From the NCBI GenBank assembly GCA_965230925.1, contig OZ246403.1, positions 266,455-330,454 on the forward strand: a stretch of DNA of 64,000 bases, given 5' to 3'. A program made the position numbers and the translations under genes. The stretch comes from an uncultured Candidatus Saccharibacteria bacterium (GTDB lineage: Bacteria > Patescibacteriota > Minisyncoccia > Phycocordibacterales > JACOZG01). Of this stretch, positions 9,648 through 21,196 are shown piece after piece. Below the pieces are notes generated by a model that did not search any database, was not told the DNA's origin, and worked only from the letters and a program-made list of their open reading frames with translations. Numbering within the stretch: position 1 is the stretch's first letter; each line of letters begins with the position of its first letter.

Positions 9648-12600
9648 AATCACAGCCATTATAGCCTCCTTGACGGCTTGGCCAAGATTGATGATTTGGT
9701 TGATCGGGCTAAAGAGTTGGGGTTGCCTGCCCTAGCTCTCACCGATCACGGCAATTTGTACGGCGCGATTGAGTTTTATAAAAAGTGTTTAAGCGCTGGT
9801 ATTAAACCCATTGTCGGTGTAGAAGCCTATGTCGCGACCCGCTCGCGCTTCGACAAAGAACCTAATATCGACAGCAAACGCTTTCACCTTACTTTGCTCG
9901 CCAAGAATGCCGAGGGTTATAAAAATTTAGTTAAACTCATCACGAAGGCCAACCTCGAGGGTTATTACTACAAACCGCGCATTGATAAAGAGTTAATGCG
10001 AGCACACCACGAGGGGGTTATTTGCCTTTCGGGTTGCATGGCCAGTGAACTGTCTCGCGCTATTCTCGCTAGGAATTATGAGGAAGCGAAAAAGATTGCT
10101 AGTGAGTATCGCGAAATTTTTGGCCCAGAAAATTATTTTATTGAAATTTTTCATCACCCCAAAATTGAACGCTATCCCGAACTTAAAGAACAAGCAATAA
10201 AGTTGGCTCACGAATTAGGAATTCCCCTCGTTGCTACTCAAGATGCCCATTATTTAGCACCAGATGATACGAAAGCTCACGACACGCTTGTGGCGATTGG
10301 TACCAACACCGATGCCGATGATAATAAGCGTTACACCAAAGCTGGTGATGACTTCTCGCTGGTTGATGAAGCGACAATGCGCGAACACTTCCAAGACGCG
10401 CCGGAAGCCGTGGATAATACCTTAAAAATTGCCGAGGCTTGTGATCTCAAACTCGAGCTCGGCAAATGGGTGTTCCCGAAATTTCAGCTCACGCTTGCCG
10501 AGACGCCAGAAGAGGAATTGCGAAAGTTTGCCTACAATCGCTTGCCCGAGTATCTCGAGCGCAATCCCGAGCGCACCGACGAGGCCAAAAAACGTTTAGA
10601 TTATGAACTCGAAGTTATTATTAATAAGGGTTATGCGCCCTATTTTCTGGTGGTGGCCGATATCTTCAACTTCACTCGAGCGAACGGCATCTTTACCAAC
10701 ACTCGAGGCTCGGCGGCGGGTTGCTTCACCTCTCATATTATTGGCATCTCGGCGGTTGATCCGCTCTATTATAATCTCCCCTTCGAGCGCTTCTTGAACC
10801 CCGATCGCCCGAGCCCGCCCGATATCGATATGGACTTTGCCGATCGTCGTCGCGACGAAGTCATTGATTATGTGAAGCGTAAATATGGCGAGGATCATGT
10901 GGCGCAGATTGGTACCTTCGGCTCGATGATGGCGAAAGGCGCGGTGCGTGATGTGGCGCGAGCGCTCGGTCATCCTTATGCCGTTGGAGATAAAATTTCA
11001 AACTTAATCCCGATGGGTTCGCAGGGCTTCCCGATGACGATTGATCATGCGCTCGAAATTACGCCGGAACTTAAAACGCTTTACGATACCGACACTACGA
11101 CGAAAGAAATTATTGATCTGGCTAAAAAAATTGAAGGCAATGCCCGGCACATTTCCGTTCACGCGGCGGGTGTCGTTATTTCTCCCACACCACTCACCGA
11201 TTTCGTTCCCCTTCAATTTGACCCGAAGGGCGGCAAGATTATTACCCAGTACGATATGTACGTGGTCGAGGAAGCCGGGCTTCTCAAATTCGACTTTCTC
11301 GGTATTCGCAACCTCTCGATTATTGAAGGCGCGATTAGAATTATTGAGAAAACCCGCGGCGAGAAAATTGATATTGAGAACATTCCCCTTGATGACAAAA
11401 AAACTTTTGCCATGCTCACCGCTGGCCACACCATCGCCCTCTTCCAACTCAATGGCACGGGTATGACACGGGCCCTGAAAGAACTCAAACCCACGCGCGT
11501 GGAAGATATTAACGTGATGGTGGCCCTCTATCGCCCGGGGCCGATGGATAACATTTATGAGTACATTGCACGCAAGCACGGCAAGAAGCCGACCAAATTT
11601 CTCCATCCGAAGATGAAAAGTTACCTCGCGCCAACCTTCGGCGTGCTGGTTTATCAAGACGATCTCCTGATGACTGCCATCGAGGTGGCCGGTTATACCT
11701 GGGGCGAGGTGGATAAATTCCGTAAGGCCGTGGGTAAAAAAATTCCGGAAGAAATGAAGAAACAACACGTGATGTTCGTGGAGGGTTGCATCAAGCACAC
11801 TGGCTTGACCAAAGAAAAAGCGGAAGAAATTTGGAATCTCTTTGAACCCTTCCAAGGCTACGGCTTCAACAAGGCGCATGCGGCCAGTTATGGTCGCGTG
11901 GCCTATCAAACGGCGTATCTCAAAGCCAATTATCCGGGAGAATATATGACCGCGGCGCTCTCGGCGGAAAGTGGAAATATTGAAACGATTGCCGAAATTA
12001 TTGGCGAGTGCAAAGTGCTCGGGATTCCCGTTTTGCCACCCGATATTAATGAGAGCTTCAGCGACTTCACGGTCATCAAGGGAAAAGACGGTGACATTGA
12101 TCGCATTCGTTTCGGCTTGGTGACCATTAAAAACTTGGGCGCCGAGATTGCTGAGGTGTTGGTGCAAGAGCGGAAAGCGCGAGGACCCTTCAAAAGCTTT
12201 AGTAATTTGCTCGAGCGTGTCACTCATCGGAATTTAAATAAAAAGTCGCTTGAGGCTTTGATAAAAACGGGGGCGATGGATCGCTTCGGCGAGCGCGGGA
12301 CCCTGCTCGCGAACTTAGACGCCGCACTCGAATATAATCGTGAGCGCGGCAAACTGGGCCAGAGTCAAGACTCACTTTTCTCAACCATGAGTGATCAAAC
12401 GAGCGTCCCCGACTTTAAACTTAAACCGGCACCCGACGTTTCGGCCAAAGAAAAGTTGGTGTGGGAAAAAGATTTGCTCGGCCTCTACGTGTCTGGCCAT
12501 CCGCTTGATGAGTTCCGCGAGAAAATTGAAGCGACCGGCCGCTCGATTACTAAAACAAAAACGTTCAAAGATGGCACGGCAACCGTTGTGGCGGGCGTCT

Positions 12601-12824
12601 TAGAAGAAATTAAATTAATTAATACCAAGAAGGGTGACCGGATGTGCTTCGCCAAACTCACCGACTTCAGCGACTCCATTGAGCTCGTGATCTTCTCGCG
12701 CACCTTCGGCGAATGTCGCGAGCTTCTCGAAGCCGAAAAATGCGTCGCCATCAAAGGCAAACTCTCCCTAAGGAACGGCGAACCAAGCTTGGTCGTGGAA
12801 GGAATGAAGGAGTTGACGAGCTAA
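9630..12824 (+). CDS. dnaE: DNA polymerase III alpha subunit
   Basis: HLHNHSHYSLLDG PHP domain, RGSAAG, PDIDMDF, GFNKAHA, C-terminal OB fold. Confidence 0.98.
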   Translation: MFVHLHNHSHYSLLDGLAKIDDLVDRAKELGLPALALTDHGNLYGAIEFYKKCLSAGIKPIVGVEAYVATRSRFDKEPNIDSKRFHLTLLAKNAEGYKNLVKLITKANLEGYYYKPRIDKELMRAHHEGVICLSGCMASELSRAILARNYEEAKKIASEYREIFGPENYFIEIFHHPKIERYPELKEQAIKLAHELGIPLVATQDAHYLAPDDTKAHDTLVAIGTNTDADDNKRYTKAGDDFSLVDEATMREHFQDAPEAVDNTLKIAEACDLKLELGKWVFPKFQLTLAETPEEELRKFAYNRLPEYLERNPERTDEAKKRLDYELEVIINKGYAPYFLVVADIFNFTRANGIFTNTRGSAAGCFTSHIIGISAVDPLYYNLPFERFLNPDRPSPPDIDMDFADRRRDEVIDYVKRKYGEDHVAQIGTFGSMMAKGAVRDVARALGHPYAVGDKISNLIPMGSQGFPMTIDHALEITPELKTLYDTDTTTKEIIDLAKKIEGNARHISVHAAGVVISPTPLTDFVPLQFDPKGGKIITQYDMYVVEEAGLLKFDFLGIRNLSIIEGAIRIIEKTRGEKIDIENIPLDDKKTFAMLTAGHTIALFQLNGTGMTRALKELKPTRVEDINVMVALYRPGPMDNIYEYIARKHGKKPTKFLHPKMKSYLAPTFGVLVYQDDLLMTAIEVAGYTWGEVDKFRKAVGKKIPEEMKKQHVMFVEGCIKHTGLTKEKAEEIWNLFEPFQGYGFNKAHAASYGRVAYQTAYLKANYPGEYMTAALSAESGNIETIAEIIGECKVLGIPVLPPDINESFSDFTVIKGKDGDIDRIRFGLVTIKNLGAEIAEVLVQERKARGPFKSFSNLLERVTHRNLNKKSLEALIKTGAMDRFGERGTLLANLDAALEYNRERGKLGQSQDSLFSTMSDQTSVPDFKLKPAPDVSAKEKLVWEKDLLGLYVSGHPLDEFREKIEATGRSITKTKTFKDGTATVVAGVLEEIKLINTKKGDRMCFAKLTDFSDSIELVIFSRTFGECRELLEAEKCVAIKGKLSLRNGEPSLVVEGMKELTS

Positions 12825-12861
12825 ATAGCCAAAAAACTAAATTTTGCTATCATAACCCCAA

Positions 12862-14088
12862 ATGGAAGAACGAGATCACAAGAAATTGGGGCCGGAATTG
12901 GGGCTGTTTTATATTGACCAAACGGTGGGTAAGGGCCTACCAATGTTCTTACCCAAAGGCGCCACCGTGCGCCGGCTCCTCGAGCAATTTATTATTGAAG
13001 AAGAAACCAAGCGCGGCTACCAGCACGTCATGACGCCCGATCTCGCCAAGCTCGAGCTCTATGAGAAGTCGGGACACTATCCGCATTACAAAGACTCGAT
13101 GTACGCGCCGATCGAAGTGGATGATGAGAAATTCATGCTCCGGCCAATGACTTGCCCCCATCACTTCCAAATGTATCTATCTTCTCCGCGCAGTTACCGC
13201 GAGCTCCCGATGCGTATTGCCGAGCTCTCTAAGCTCTATCGCTACGAACAAAGTGGCGAACTGATGGGCCTCCAACGCGTGCGTGCGATGTGCCTCTCTG
13301 ATGCTCACATTATCTGCGCGAGCGAAGAGCAAGCCGTGGCAGAAGCGGGCAAGGCACTCGACTTGATCGAATATTTTGCCGGCATCTTCGGCCTCAAACT
13401 TGGTGAAGATTATCGCTATCGCCTCTCGCTCGGCGACCGGAGTGATCAAGAGAAATATCCGGGCAATGAACCCGCTTGGGATAAGGCGGAAGATCTATTG
13501 CGCAAACTAATGAAAGAGAGGGGTAATGAATTTGAAGAAGCCAAAGGTGAAGCAAGTTTCTACGGCCCCAAGATTGATATTCAGATGAAAAACGTGAATG
13601 GCAAAGAAGACACTGCCTTCACCGTCCAATACGACTTCCGCATGCCCGAGCGATTTGATCTCAATTACACTGGCGAAGATGGGCAGAAACATCGCGCCTT
13701 CGTGATTCATCGTTCTTCGATTGGCACCTTCGAACGCACCATGGCTTTCCTCATTGAAAAATACACTGGCGCTTTCCCCGTCTGGCTCGCGCCCATGCAA
13801 ACTCGGGTGATTCCGATCAGCGAGAAGCATTTGGAATATGCGCAAACGGTTTTTGAAAAATTAAAAGCTGAGAATATCCGGGCCGAGATTGATCTCTCGA
13901 ATGAAACTCTCGGCAAAAAGATCCGCGAAGCCAAAGGCCAAAAAATCCCCTATCTCCTCATCATTGGTGACAAAGAAGTGGAAAGTAATACCGTCACCGT
14001 CGAGGATCGTAGTGGCAACAAGGGCATCAGCACCACCCTAGCTGATTTCCTCACCAAAATTTCGGAAGAAATTAAGAATCGGAAATAA
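12862..14088 (+). CDS. thrS: Threonyl-tRNA synthetase, short form without TGS/editing domains
   Basis: Starts directly at RDHKKLG; LRPMTCPHH, FYGPKID, IHRS motifs and anticodon-binding domain. Confidence 0.96.
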   Translation: MEERDHKKLGPELGLFYIDQTVGKGLPMFLPKGATVRRLLEQFIIEEETKRGYQHVMTPDLAKLELYEKSGHYPHYKDSMYAPIEVDDEKFMLRPMTCPHHFQMYLSSPRSYRELPMRIAELSKLYRYEQSGELMGLQRVRAMCLSDAHIICASEEQAVAEAGKALDLIEYFAGIFGLKLGEDYRYRLSLGDRSDQEKYPGNEPAWDKAEDLLRKLMKERGNEFEEAKGEASFYGPKIDIQMKNVNGKEDTAFTVQYDFRMPERFDLNYTGEDGQKHRAFVIHRSSIGTFERTMAFLIEKYTGAFPVWLAPMQTRVIPISEKHLEYAQTVFEKLKAENIRAEIDLSNETLGKKIREAKGQKIPYLLIIGDKEVESNTVTVEDRSGNKGISTTLADFLTKISEEIKNRK

Positions 14089-14139
14089 ACAAGACCCGAA
14101 CTTAATCGGGCCTCTGTTCTCGCCAAGGTTGGAATTACT

Positions 14140-14253
14140 CTAATCCCAGCCTTCATCTTCCTCTTCTCCCATCACCTCCTTGATAAAACCGACGAGTGCA
14201 ACAATAGGAAAACCAACGATAACCACCGTCCAATACTTTATCTTCTCCAACAT
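14140..14253 (-). CDS. 37-aa single-TM micro-protein MLEKIKYWTVVIVGFPIVALVGFIKEVMGEEEDEGWD
   Basis: Manual translation; GGGAG upstream of ATG; basic-hydrophobic-acidic layout; below the ORF-track cutoff. Confidence 0.55.
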   Translation of the reverse strand: MLEKIKYWTVVIVGFPIVALVGFIKEVMGEEEDEGWD

Positions 14254-14268
14254 GGTCACTGCTCCCAA

Positions 14269-14394
14269 TTAAAACTGCTCAACATCCTCCTTCTCCGGGA
14301 AAACTATGGAAAAACAGAGTCCCGGAAACAACACCATTACCGCCAAATACAGAACAAACCCGTCCAGAATCCAAGATTTTGGGACCTTTTCCAT
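14269..14394 (-). CDS. 41-aa single-TM micro-protein MEKVPKSWILDGFVLYLAVMVLFPGLCFSIVFPEKEDVEQF
   Basis: Manual translation; strong SD GGAGGTG 4 nt upstream of ATG. Confidence 0.6.
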   Translation of the reverse strand: MEKVPKSWILDGFVLYLAVMVLFPGLCFSIVFPEKEDVEQF

Positions 14395-14458
14395 GAAGCA
14401 CCTCCAAGAACCGAACTCAAGGGGCGAACAATCTACTAATTAGTGTGGGCCGATTAGA

Positions 14459-16498
<2,040 letters not shown>

Positions 16499-16518
16499 TT
16501 ATACGCCCAGTTTAGCAG

Positions 16519-16555
16519 AAAAAACCCCCGCTGGCGAGTACGCCGGCGGGGGTTT
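16519..16555. terminator. Intrinsic terminator hairpin
   Basis: AAAAAACCCCCGCTGGCG-AGTA-CGCCGGCGGGGGTTT. Confidence 0.75.
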
Positions 16556-16578
16556 GGACCATGTTCTTGTTACCCATT

Positions 16579-16686
16579 CTACAGGCCAGGGTCTGGCAAC
16601 TCAACCCCAGACGCAAGCATCATAAGCAACATGCACATCAACGAACAAAAAACGAGCAGCTCAATAACATTAAAACGCGATTTCAT
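16579..16686 (-). CDS. 35-aa prepilin-like micro-protein MKSRFNVIELLVFCSLMCMLLMMLASGVELPDPGL
   Basis: Manual translation; SD AGGAGAG 5 nt upstream of ATG; followed by its own terminator. Confidence 0.6.
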   Translation of the reverse strand: MKSRFNVIELLVFCSLMCMLLMMLASGVELPDPGL

Positions 16687-16773
16687 GATCACTCTCCTCT
16701 AAAAAACAGAAGGTTCCCATACCCCAATCGCGTTCTTACCCCGCTATATAAATAGCACAATAGACAAATCTCG

Positions 16774-18693
16774 TCAAGAACGAAGTTGCCAGTCTTTGTT
16801 TTTGGCGAGAGCGGTTGTAACCTTGGTCATTATTTCATTCACTTCATCGTCGGTGAGGGTGCGATCAAAGGCTTGGAAGACGAGGCGGAAAGCGAGCGAC
16901 TTTTTGTCGCCTTTTTCAAAAGTATCAAAAAGAATTGGTCCAGCCGCGAGTAGATCACCAGCGGCGTCTTGCGCGAGATCAAAAATCTTTTTCTCCACCT
17001 TTTCAGCGGAGGTATCGAGCGGCACAAAGAGTGCCACATCGCGAACAATGCGAGGGTAAATTGAATATGACTTGAACTGAACTTTGGGTTTGATAAAACT
17101 TTCGTCGAAAGTCAGTGAAGATTCTTTTGTTAAGGGGGCAATCGCCGACCAATTAAGTTCAACGACGATTGAGGTTTCTTTCTCAGTGAGATCATAATGC
17201 TGAGGCGAAATACCAAGCGCTTGCCACAAGGCAGTCAAAACTTCTTCCCACTCTTTCGTCTTCTGCTTCGCCTTGTGATACGCGAGACCAAGCGCCAAAT
17301 GCGTCGTCTCGCCAGCATGAGTAAACACCGCTCCAATCTCAAACATCCGCACTACATCGGTTTCAAACATCGTATGCTCTCGATTGAAACGCAAGCGTTC
17401 TTCAAGGCTACGACTGAGGTCTGTGCGCAAATAGGGCCGATCCGCCGCAGAAGGATTATCGAGCAAAACATCTCCCTGCGACGCGAAGGCATAACCATAA
17501 TTCTCGGTGAAGCCGTGCGCGGCAAAAAAAGACTTAACAGCAAGAGTGGTCGCAAAAGCCTTATTCTCGATCTTAGCCACACCAAGTGGCAGCAGCTTGC
17601 TCGGCAATCTTTGGTAACCATAAATTCTCACCACTTCTTCGATCAAATCTTCTTTCAAATGAAGGTCGAGACGTTCTGGTGGTGGTGTAACGAGAAAACT
17701 ACCCTCTCCGCCTTCAACCTTAAAGTTGAGCCGTTCAAAAATTTTCTTAATCTCCCCTGCCGAGAGGTTGGTACCTAAGCGACCATTCACATCGCGCGGC
17801 ACCAAGGGAATCACCGGCACGCGCCACGGCTCTGGGTATTGATCCGCGCGCGAGCTCAAACCAATTACATCTTCATTCCCAAAAGAAAAAATGAGAAGCA
17901 CAAGTTCGTCCATCGCTGTTTCAGCTAGAGCCGGTGAGAGGCCTTGAGCAAAACGCTTGGCCGCATCGGTCGCCAGATTCACCCGCTTGGCCGTAGCGCG
18001 AATGGGCGCACCATCAAAGTTGCAAGCGGTTAAGAGAATTCGCTGAGTGTACTCGGTAATTCCTGCGCGCTTCCCACCCTTAATTCCCGCGAGGTCAAGA
18101 GGTCCTTCATCATCGGCAATCACGAGCATTGAATCTTCAAGCACAACCTCGCGCCCATCCAGCATGATAAGTGTTTCTCCGGGAATTGCCCGACGAATTT
18201 TCACTTCTCCTTTAATTTTACTGAGATCAAAGGCGTGAACGGGTTGACCGAGATCAAACATCAAGAAATTCGTCGCATCCACAATATTATTGATCGAGCG
18301 CTGACCAAGTACGGCAAGTCGCTCCACCAGCCAACCGGGAGACGGAGCCACCCGCACATTTGTTATCACTTGAGAAATTGCCCGAAGACAACGCTTTGTG
18401 TCCACAATGTTTAGGGGCACAGGAATAATATCGGAATTTGTTTGCAGGTGTGACTTCTCGGGAAGAAGCAGTGATTCATTAACTAATGCACCGAGTTCAC
18501 GAGCGAGGCCACGATGACCTGAGCAATCATGAGCACGATCCGGCAGCACTTTTACGTCAAGGACAATATCCTTTCCCACCGGTTCAACAGCTTCCACCTC
18601 AGCGAGATGGAAGGTTAGAAGCCGCGCCACTTCCGCGGGCGGCGGCAAAGGTTTGTTGAAATATGATTGCAACCAACGATACGAAAATTTCAT
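16774..18693 (-). CDS. pheT: Phenylalanyl-tRNA synthetase beta subunit (lacks the B2 OB-fold)
   Basis: MKFSYRWL, PDRAHDC, INNIVDATN, DLIEEVVRIYGY, C-terminal FDX-ACB domain. Confidence 0.93.
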   Translation of the reverse strand: MKFSYRWLQSYFNKPLPPPAEVARLLTFHLAEVEAVEPVGKDIVLDVKVLPDRAHDCSGHRGLARELGALVNESLLLPEKSHLQTNSDIIPVPLNIVDTKRCLRAISQVITNVRVAPSPGWLVERLAVLGQRSINNIVDATNFLMFDLGQPVHAFDLSKIKGEVKIRRAIPGETLIMLDGREVVLEDSMLVIADDEGPLDLAGIKGGKRAGITEYTQRILLTACNFDGAPIRATAKRVNLATDAAKRFAQGLSPALAETAMDELVLLIFSFGNEDVIGLSSRADQYPEPWRVPVIPLVPRDVNGRLGTNLSAGEIKKIFERLNFKVEGGEGSFLVTPPPERLDLHLKEDLIEEVVRIYGYQRLPSKLLPLGVAKIENKAFATTLAVKSFFAAHGFTENYGYAFASQGDVLLDNPSAADRPYLRTDLSRSLEERLRFNREHTMFETDVVRMFEIGAVFTHAGETTHLALGLAYHKAKQKTKEWEEVLTALWQALGISPQHYDLTEKETSIVVELNWSAIAPLTKESSLTFDESFIKPKVQFKSYSIYPRIVRDVALFVPLDTSAEKVEKKIFDLAQDAAGDLLAAGPILFDTFEKGDKKSLAFRLVFQAFDRTLTDDEVNEIMTKVTTALAKNKDWQLRS

Positions 18694-18696
18694 AAA

Positions 18697-19434
18697 TTAA
18701 AATTGCTTCAAAAAGCGTTCGTCACCAGAATAAAAAAGGCGAACATCTGGTATCCCATAATGAATCATCGCCAAGCGATCCACTCCCATTCCGAAAGCAA
18801 ACCCCGACCACACGCTCGGGTCTAAGCGAGAATTCACCAGCACTGAAGGATGCACTAAGCCAGCCCCACCCATCTCGAGCCAGCCAGTACCCTTACACAC
18901 CAAACAAGCCGGGTCTTCCCCCTTACAATTACTACATGAGACATCCACTTCCAAACCAGGTTCGACGAACGGGAAAAAGCTTGGTCGGAAACGCACCCGC
19001 GTTTGGTGACCAAAAAACCGTTTGAAAAATTCTTCGATGAGTCCTTTCAGTTCCGCGATTGTCACTTCTTTATCAACCAAAAGCATTTCCAATTGATAAA
19101 ACTGCGCTTCATGAGTGGCGTCAGTAGCCTCGAAACGGAAAACGCGCCCTGGAGCAATAATCCGCACTGGCGGTGGATTGGCCTCCAAATATCGCACTTG
19201 CACCGGCGAAGTGTGAGTACGCAAGACCTTGCGTTCTCCCCCATCTTGGAGCCAGAAGGTATCCCACATATCGCGCGCCGGATGATCAGCAGGAATATTA
19301 AGGGCGTCAAAGTTGTACCATTCCGTTTCAACTTCTGGGCCTTCAGCCACGGTAAAGCCAAGTTCTCGGAAAATTTTTACCGCGCGGTAAATAACCTGAG
19401 TAATAGGGTGCAAATGGCCTGACGGTTTTTCCAT
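18697..19434 (-). CDS. pheS: Phenylalanyl-tRNA synthetase alpha subunit (start revised to MEKPSGHLHP; no N-terminal coiled coil)
   Basis: NFDALNIPADHPARDMWDTF, LRTHTS, FPFVEP, GFAFGMGVDR; the longer ORF-track start runs through the tRNA. Confidence 0.93.
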   Translation of the reverse strand: MEKPSGHLHPITQVIYRAVKIFRELGFTVAEGPEVETEWYNFDALNIPADHPARDMWDTFWLQDGGERKVLRTHTSPVQVRYLEANPPPVRIIAPGRVFRFEATDATHEAQFYQLEMLLVDKEVTIAELKGLIEEFFKRFFGHQTRVRFRPSFFPFVEPGLEVDVSCSNCKGEDPACLVCKGTGWLEMGGAGLVHPSVLVNSRLDPSVWSGFAFGMGVDRLAMIHYGIPDVRLFYSGDERFLKQF

Positions 19435-19470
19435 CGCACCAACTGTAGCAAAAAGACGGTTAAAGAAAAA

Positions 19471-19545
19471 GGAGCCAGTGGTCGGGCTTGAACCGACGAC
19501 CTGCTGTTTACAAAACAGCTGCTCTACCAACTGAGCTACACTGGC
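19471..19545 (-). tRNA. tRNA-Thr(UGU)
   Basis: GCCAGTGTAGCTCAGTTGGTAGAGCA-GCTGT-TTTGTAA-ACAGC-AGGTCGTCGGTTCAAGCCCGACCACTGGCT; no complete encoded CCA. Confidence 0.95.
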
Positions 19546-19548
19546 AAG

Positions 19549-19956
19549 TTACTGCGACTTAGAATTATGAACGTGCTGCTTAATCTCCTCGAGAAAGAAG
19601 GAGGCGGCACCACGTTTACCGTGCAAAAATTCGGAATTATCGCGGCCATTACCTCGACCTTTCACCAGCTCGATAAGCGAGGAAAACTTCTTTTCTGTTC
19701 GAAACAAAAGATACCGACAAATGGCCAAAAAACTCCGGCCGTAAACCAATACATGGAAGAAACCGAGGCGTCCCAACTGCTTCATCCACCGGGGAAAATA
19801 AACGCTGAAGTAATCAACCGTAAGCCACAAAACTTGGCCGGTGGATAATTCACCAGCAGAAGTTACGAGACCTCGGCGCAAACGCCACCACTGCGAGAGG
19901 ACCAAGCCCATGATAGCGAGCAAGGAAATGACGGCCAGGATAATAAAAAATAACAT
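19549..19956 (-). CDS. Hypothetical membrane-anchored protein
   Basis: 135 aa with N-terminal TM; fills the gap in the operon. Confidence 0.65.
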   Translation of the reverse strand: MLFFIILAVISLLAIMGLVLSQWWRLRRGLVTSAGELSTGQVLWLTVDYFSVYFPRWMKQLGRLGFFHVLVYGRSFLAICRYLLFRTEKKFSSLIELVKGRGNGRDNSEFLHGKRGAASFFLEEIKQHVHNSKSQ

Positions 19957-19965
19957 TAGGGTTGT

Positions 19966-20415
19966 TTAGTTAACTGCCAACCGTGAAAACGTCGAGAGTT
20001 CAATTCGTTCACCAAATTTTTGAATACTTGCCTTAATGAGATCAGCAATAGTTTGGTCGGGGTTTTTAATAAATGGTTGAGCCAAAAAATCCTCCGTGCC
20101 TTCAGCCGGGATTGCAGATAATTGCATCGCCATATCATCAGCCAGCGCCTTAAAGGCTGGGTTCTTAGCCACAAAATCGGTTTCAGACCGCAATTCCACC
20201 ATGGCCCCAATCACCCCTTGATGAACATAGGAGCCAATGCAACCGGCACCAAGTTGCCGCCCCGCTTTCTTGGCTGCAATCTTCTCGGTTTCGCCACGAA
20301 GAAATTCTCGCGCCTTGGCTTCATCACCGCCAGCACGCTCAAGAGCTTCTCGACATTGACCAATCGAGACGCCGGTCTCTTCGCGAAGAGCTTTAATTTG
20401 ATTAATGCTAACCAT
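19966..20415 (-). CDS. tsf: Elongation factor Ts (short, 149 aa)
   Basis: IKALREETG, ELRSETDFVAKN, FLAQPFIKNP. Confidence 0.93.
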   Translation of the reverse strand: MVSINQIKALREETGVSIGQCREALERAGGDEAKAREFLRGETEKIAAKKAGRQLGAGCIGSYVHQGVIGAMVELRSETDFVAKNPAFKALADDMAMQLSAIPAEGTEDFLAQPFIKNPDQTIADLIKASIQKFGERIELSTFSRLAVN

Positions 20416-20432
20416 TCGGGGAACGTTACCAA

Positions 20433-21155
20433 TTATACCAAAGCTGCCTTGGGTGACAAACCGGCGCGATAGGCCTCCTTCACACCAGTCAAAAAGTGCT
20501 TGATCGTTGCGATAGTGGCGTCATTTCCTACCACCGGGTAATCCACCTGACTTAAGTCACAATCAGTGCCCGAGAGGCTCACAATCGGAACGCCAACCTT
20601 TCTGCCTTCAATCGCGGCAATTTCTTCTTCTCGAGAATCAATCACCACAATCGCCCCAGGAAATTCTTTGAGTTCAGTAATGGTACCAAAATGTCGTTCG
20701 AGGTCAGAGAGCTCTTTATCGAGACGAGACTGCTCGCGCTTGGTAAATCGAGCAAAGCCACCCTTCGCCTTGTCTTCCTTCAAGTCGGTTAAGCGTTGCA
20801 TCCGCTTCTTAATTTCTGGAAAGTTAGTGAGAGTGCCACCAAGCCAGCGACCGCTCACATAGGGAAGATTGAGTTCAAGGGCAGTAGCTTCCACGGCACC
20901 GCGCGCTTCGGGCTTGGTTCCCACCAAAAGAATTTTCTTGCCACTCGCCGCCACACTCGCAATGAAAGTTTTTGCTTGTTCGAAAAGGTCTGCGCTTTTC
21001 TCAAGATCAATAATTGCCCCACGATTTTTAAAACCAAAGATAAATGGTTGCACCGACGGGTGGAGTCGAGAACGTGAGTAGCCAAAATGCGCCCCCGTTT
21101 TAAAGAGAGAGTCTACCGCTGGTCGTGATTTCACTGTTTTTGTTTCAGAAGACAC
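20433..21155 (-). CDS. rpsB: 30S ribosomal protein S2
   Basis: GAHFG, RWLGGTLTNF, DYPVVGND. Confidence 0.95.
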   Translation of the reverse strand: MSSETKTVKSRPAVDSLFKTGAHFGYSRSRLHPSVQPFIFGFKNRGAIIDLEKSADLFEQAKTFIASVAASGKKILLVGTKPEARGAVEATALELNLPYVSGRWLGGTLTNFPEIKKRMQRLTDLKEDKAKGGFARFTKREQSRLDKELSDLERHFGTITELKEFPGAIVVIDSREEEIAAIEGRKVGVPIVSLSGTDCDLSQVDYPVVGNDATIATIKHFLTGVKEAYRAGLSPKAALV

Positions 21156-21196
21156 GGGAGAAGACTAGCAAATCAAGTAGAATTTGGCAAATAAGC

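Noticed and set aside
11004-12227. 407-aa antisense ORF inside dnaE
   Set aside because: Shadow ORF caused by codon bias; no recognisable motifs.
19435-19530. PheS N-terminal extension
   Set aside because: It is a translation of the tRNA-Thr gene.
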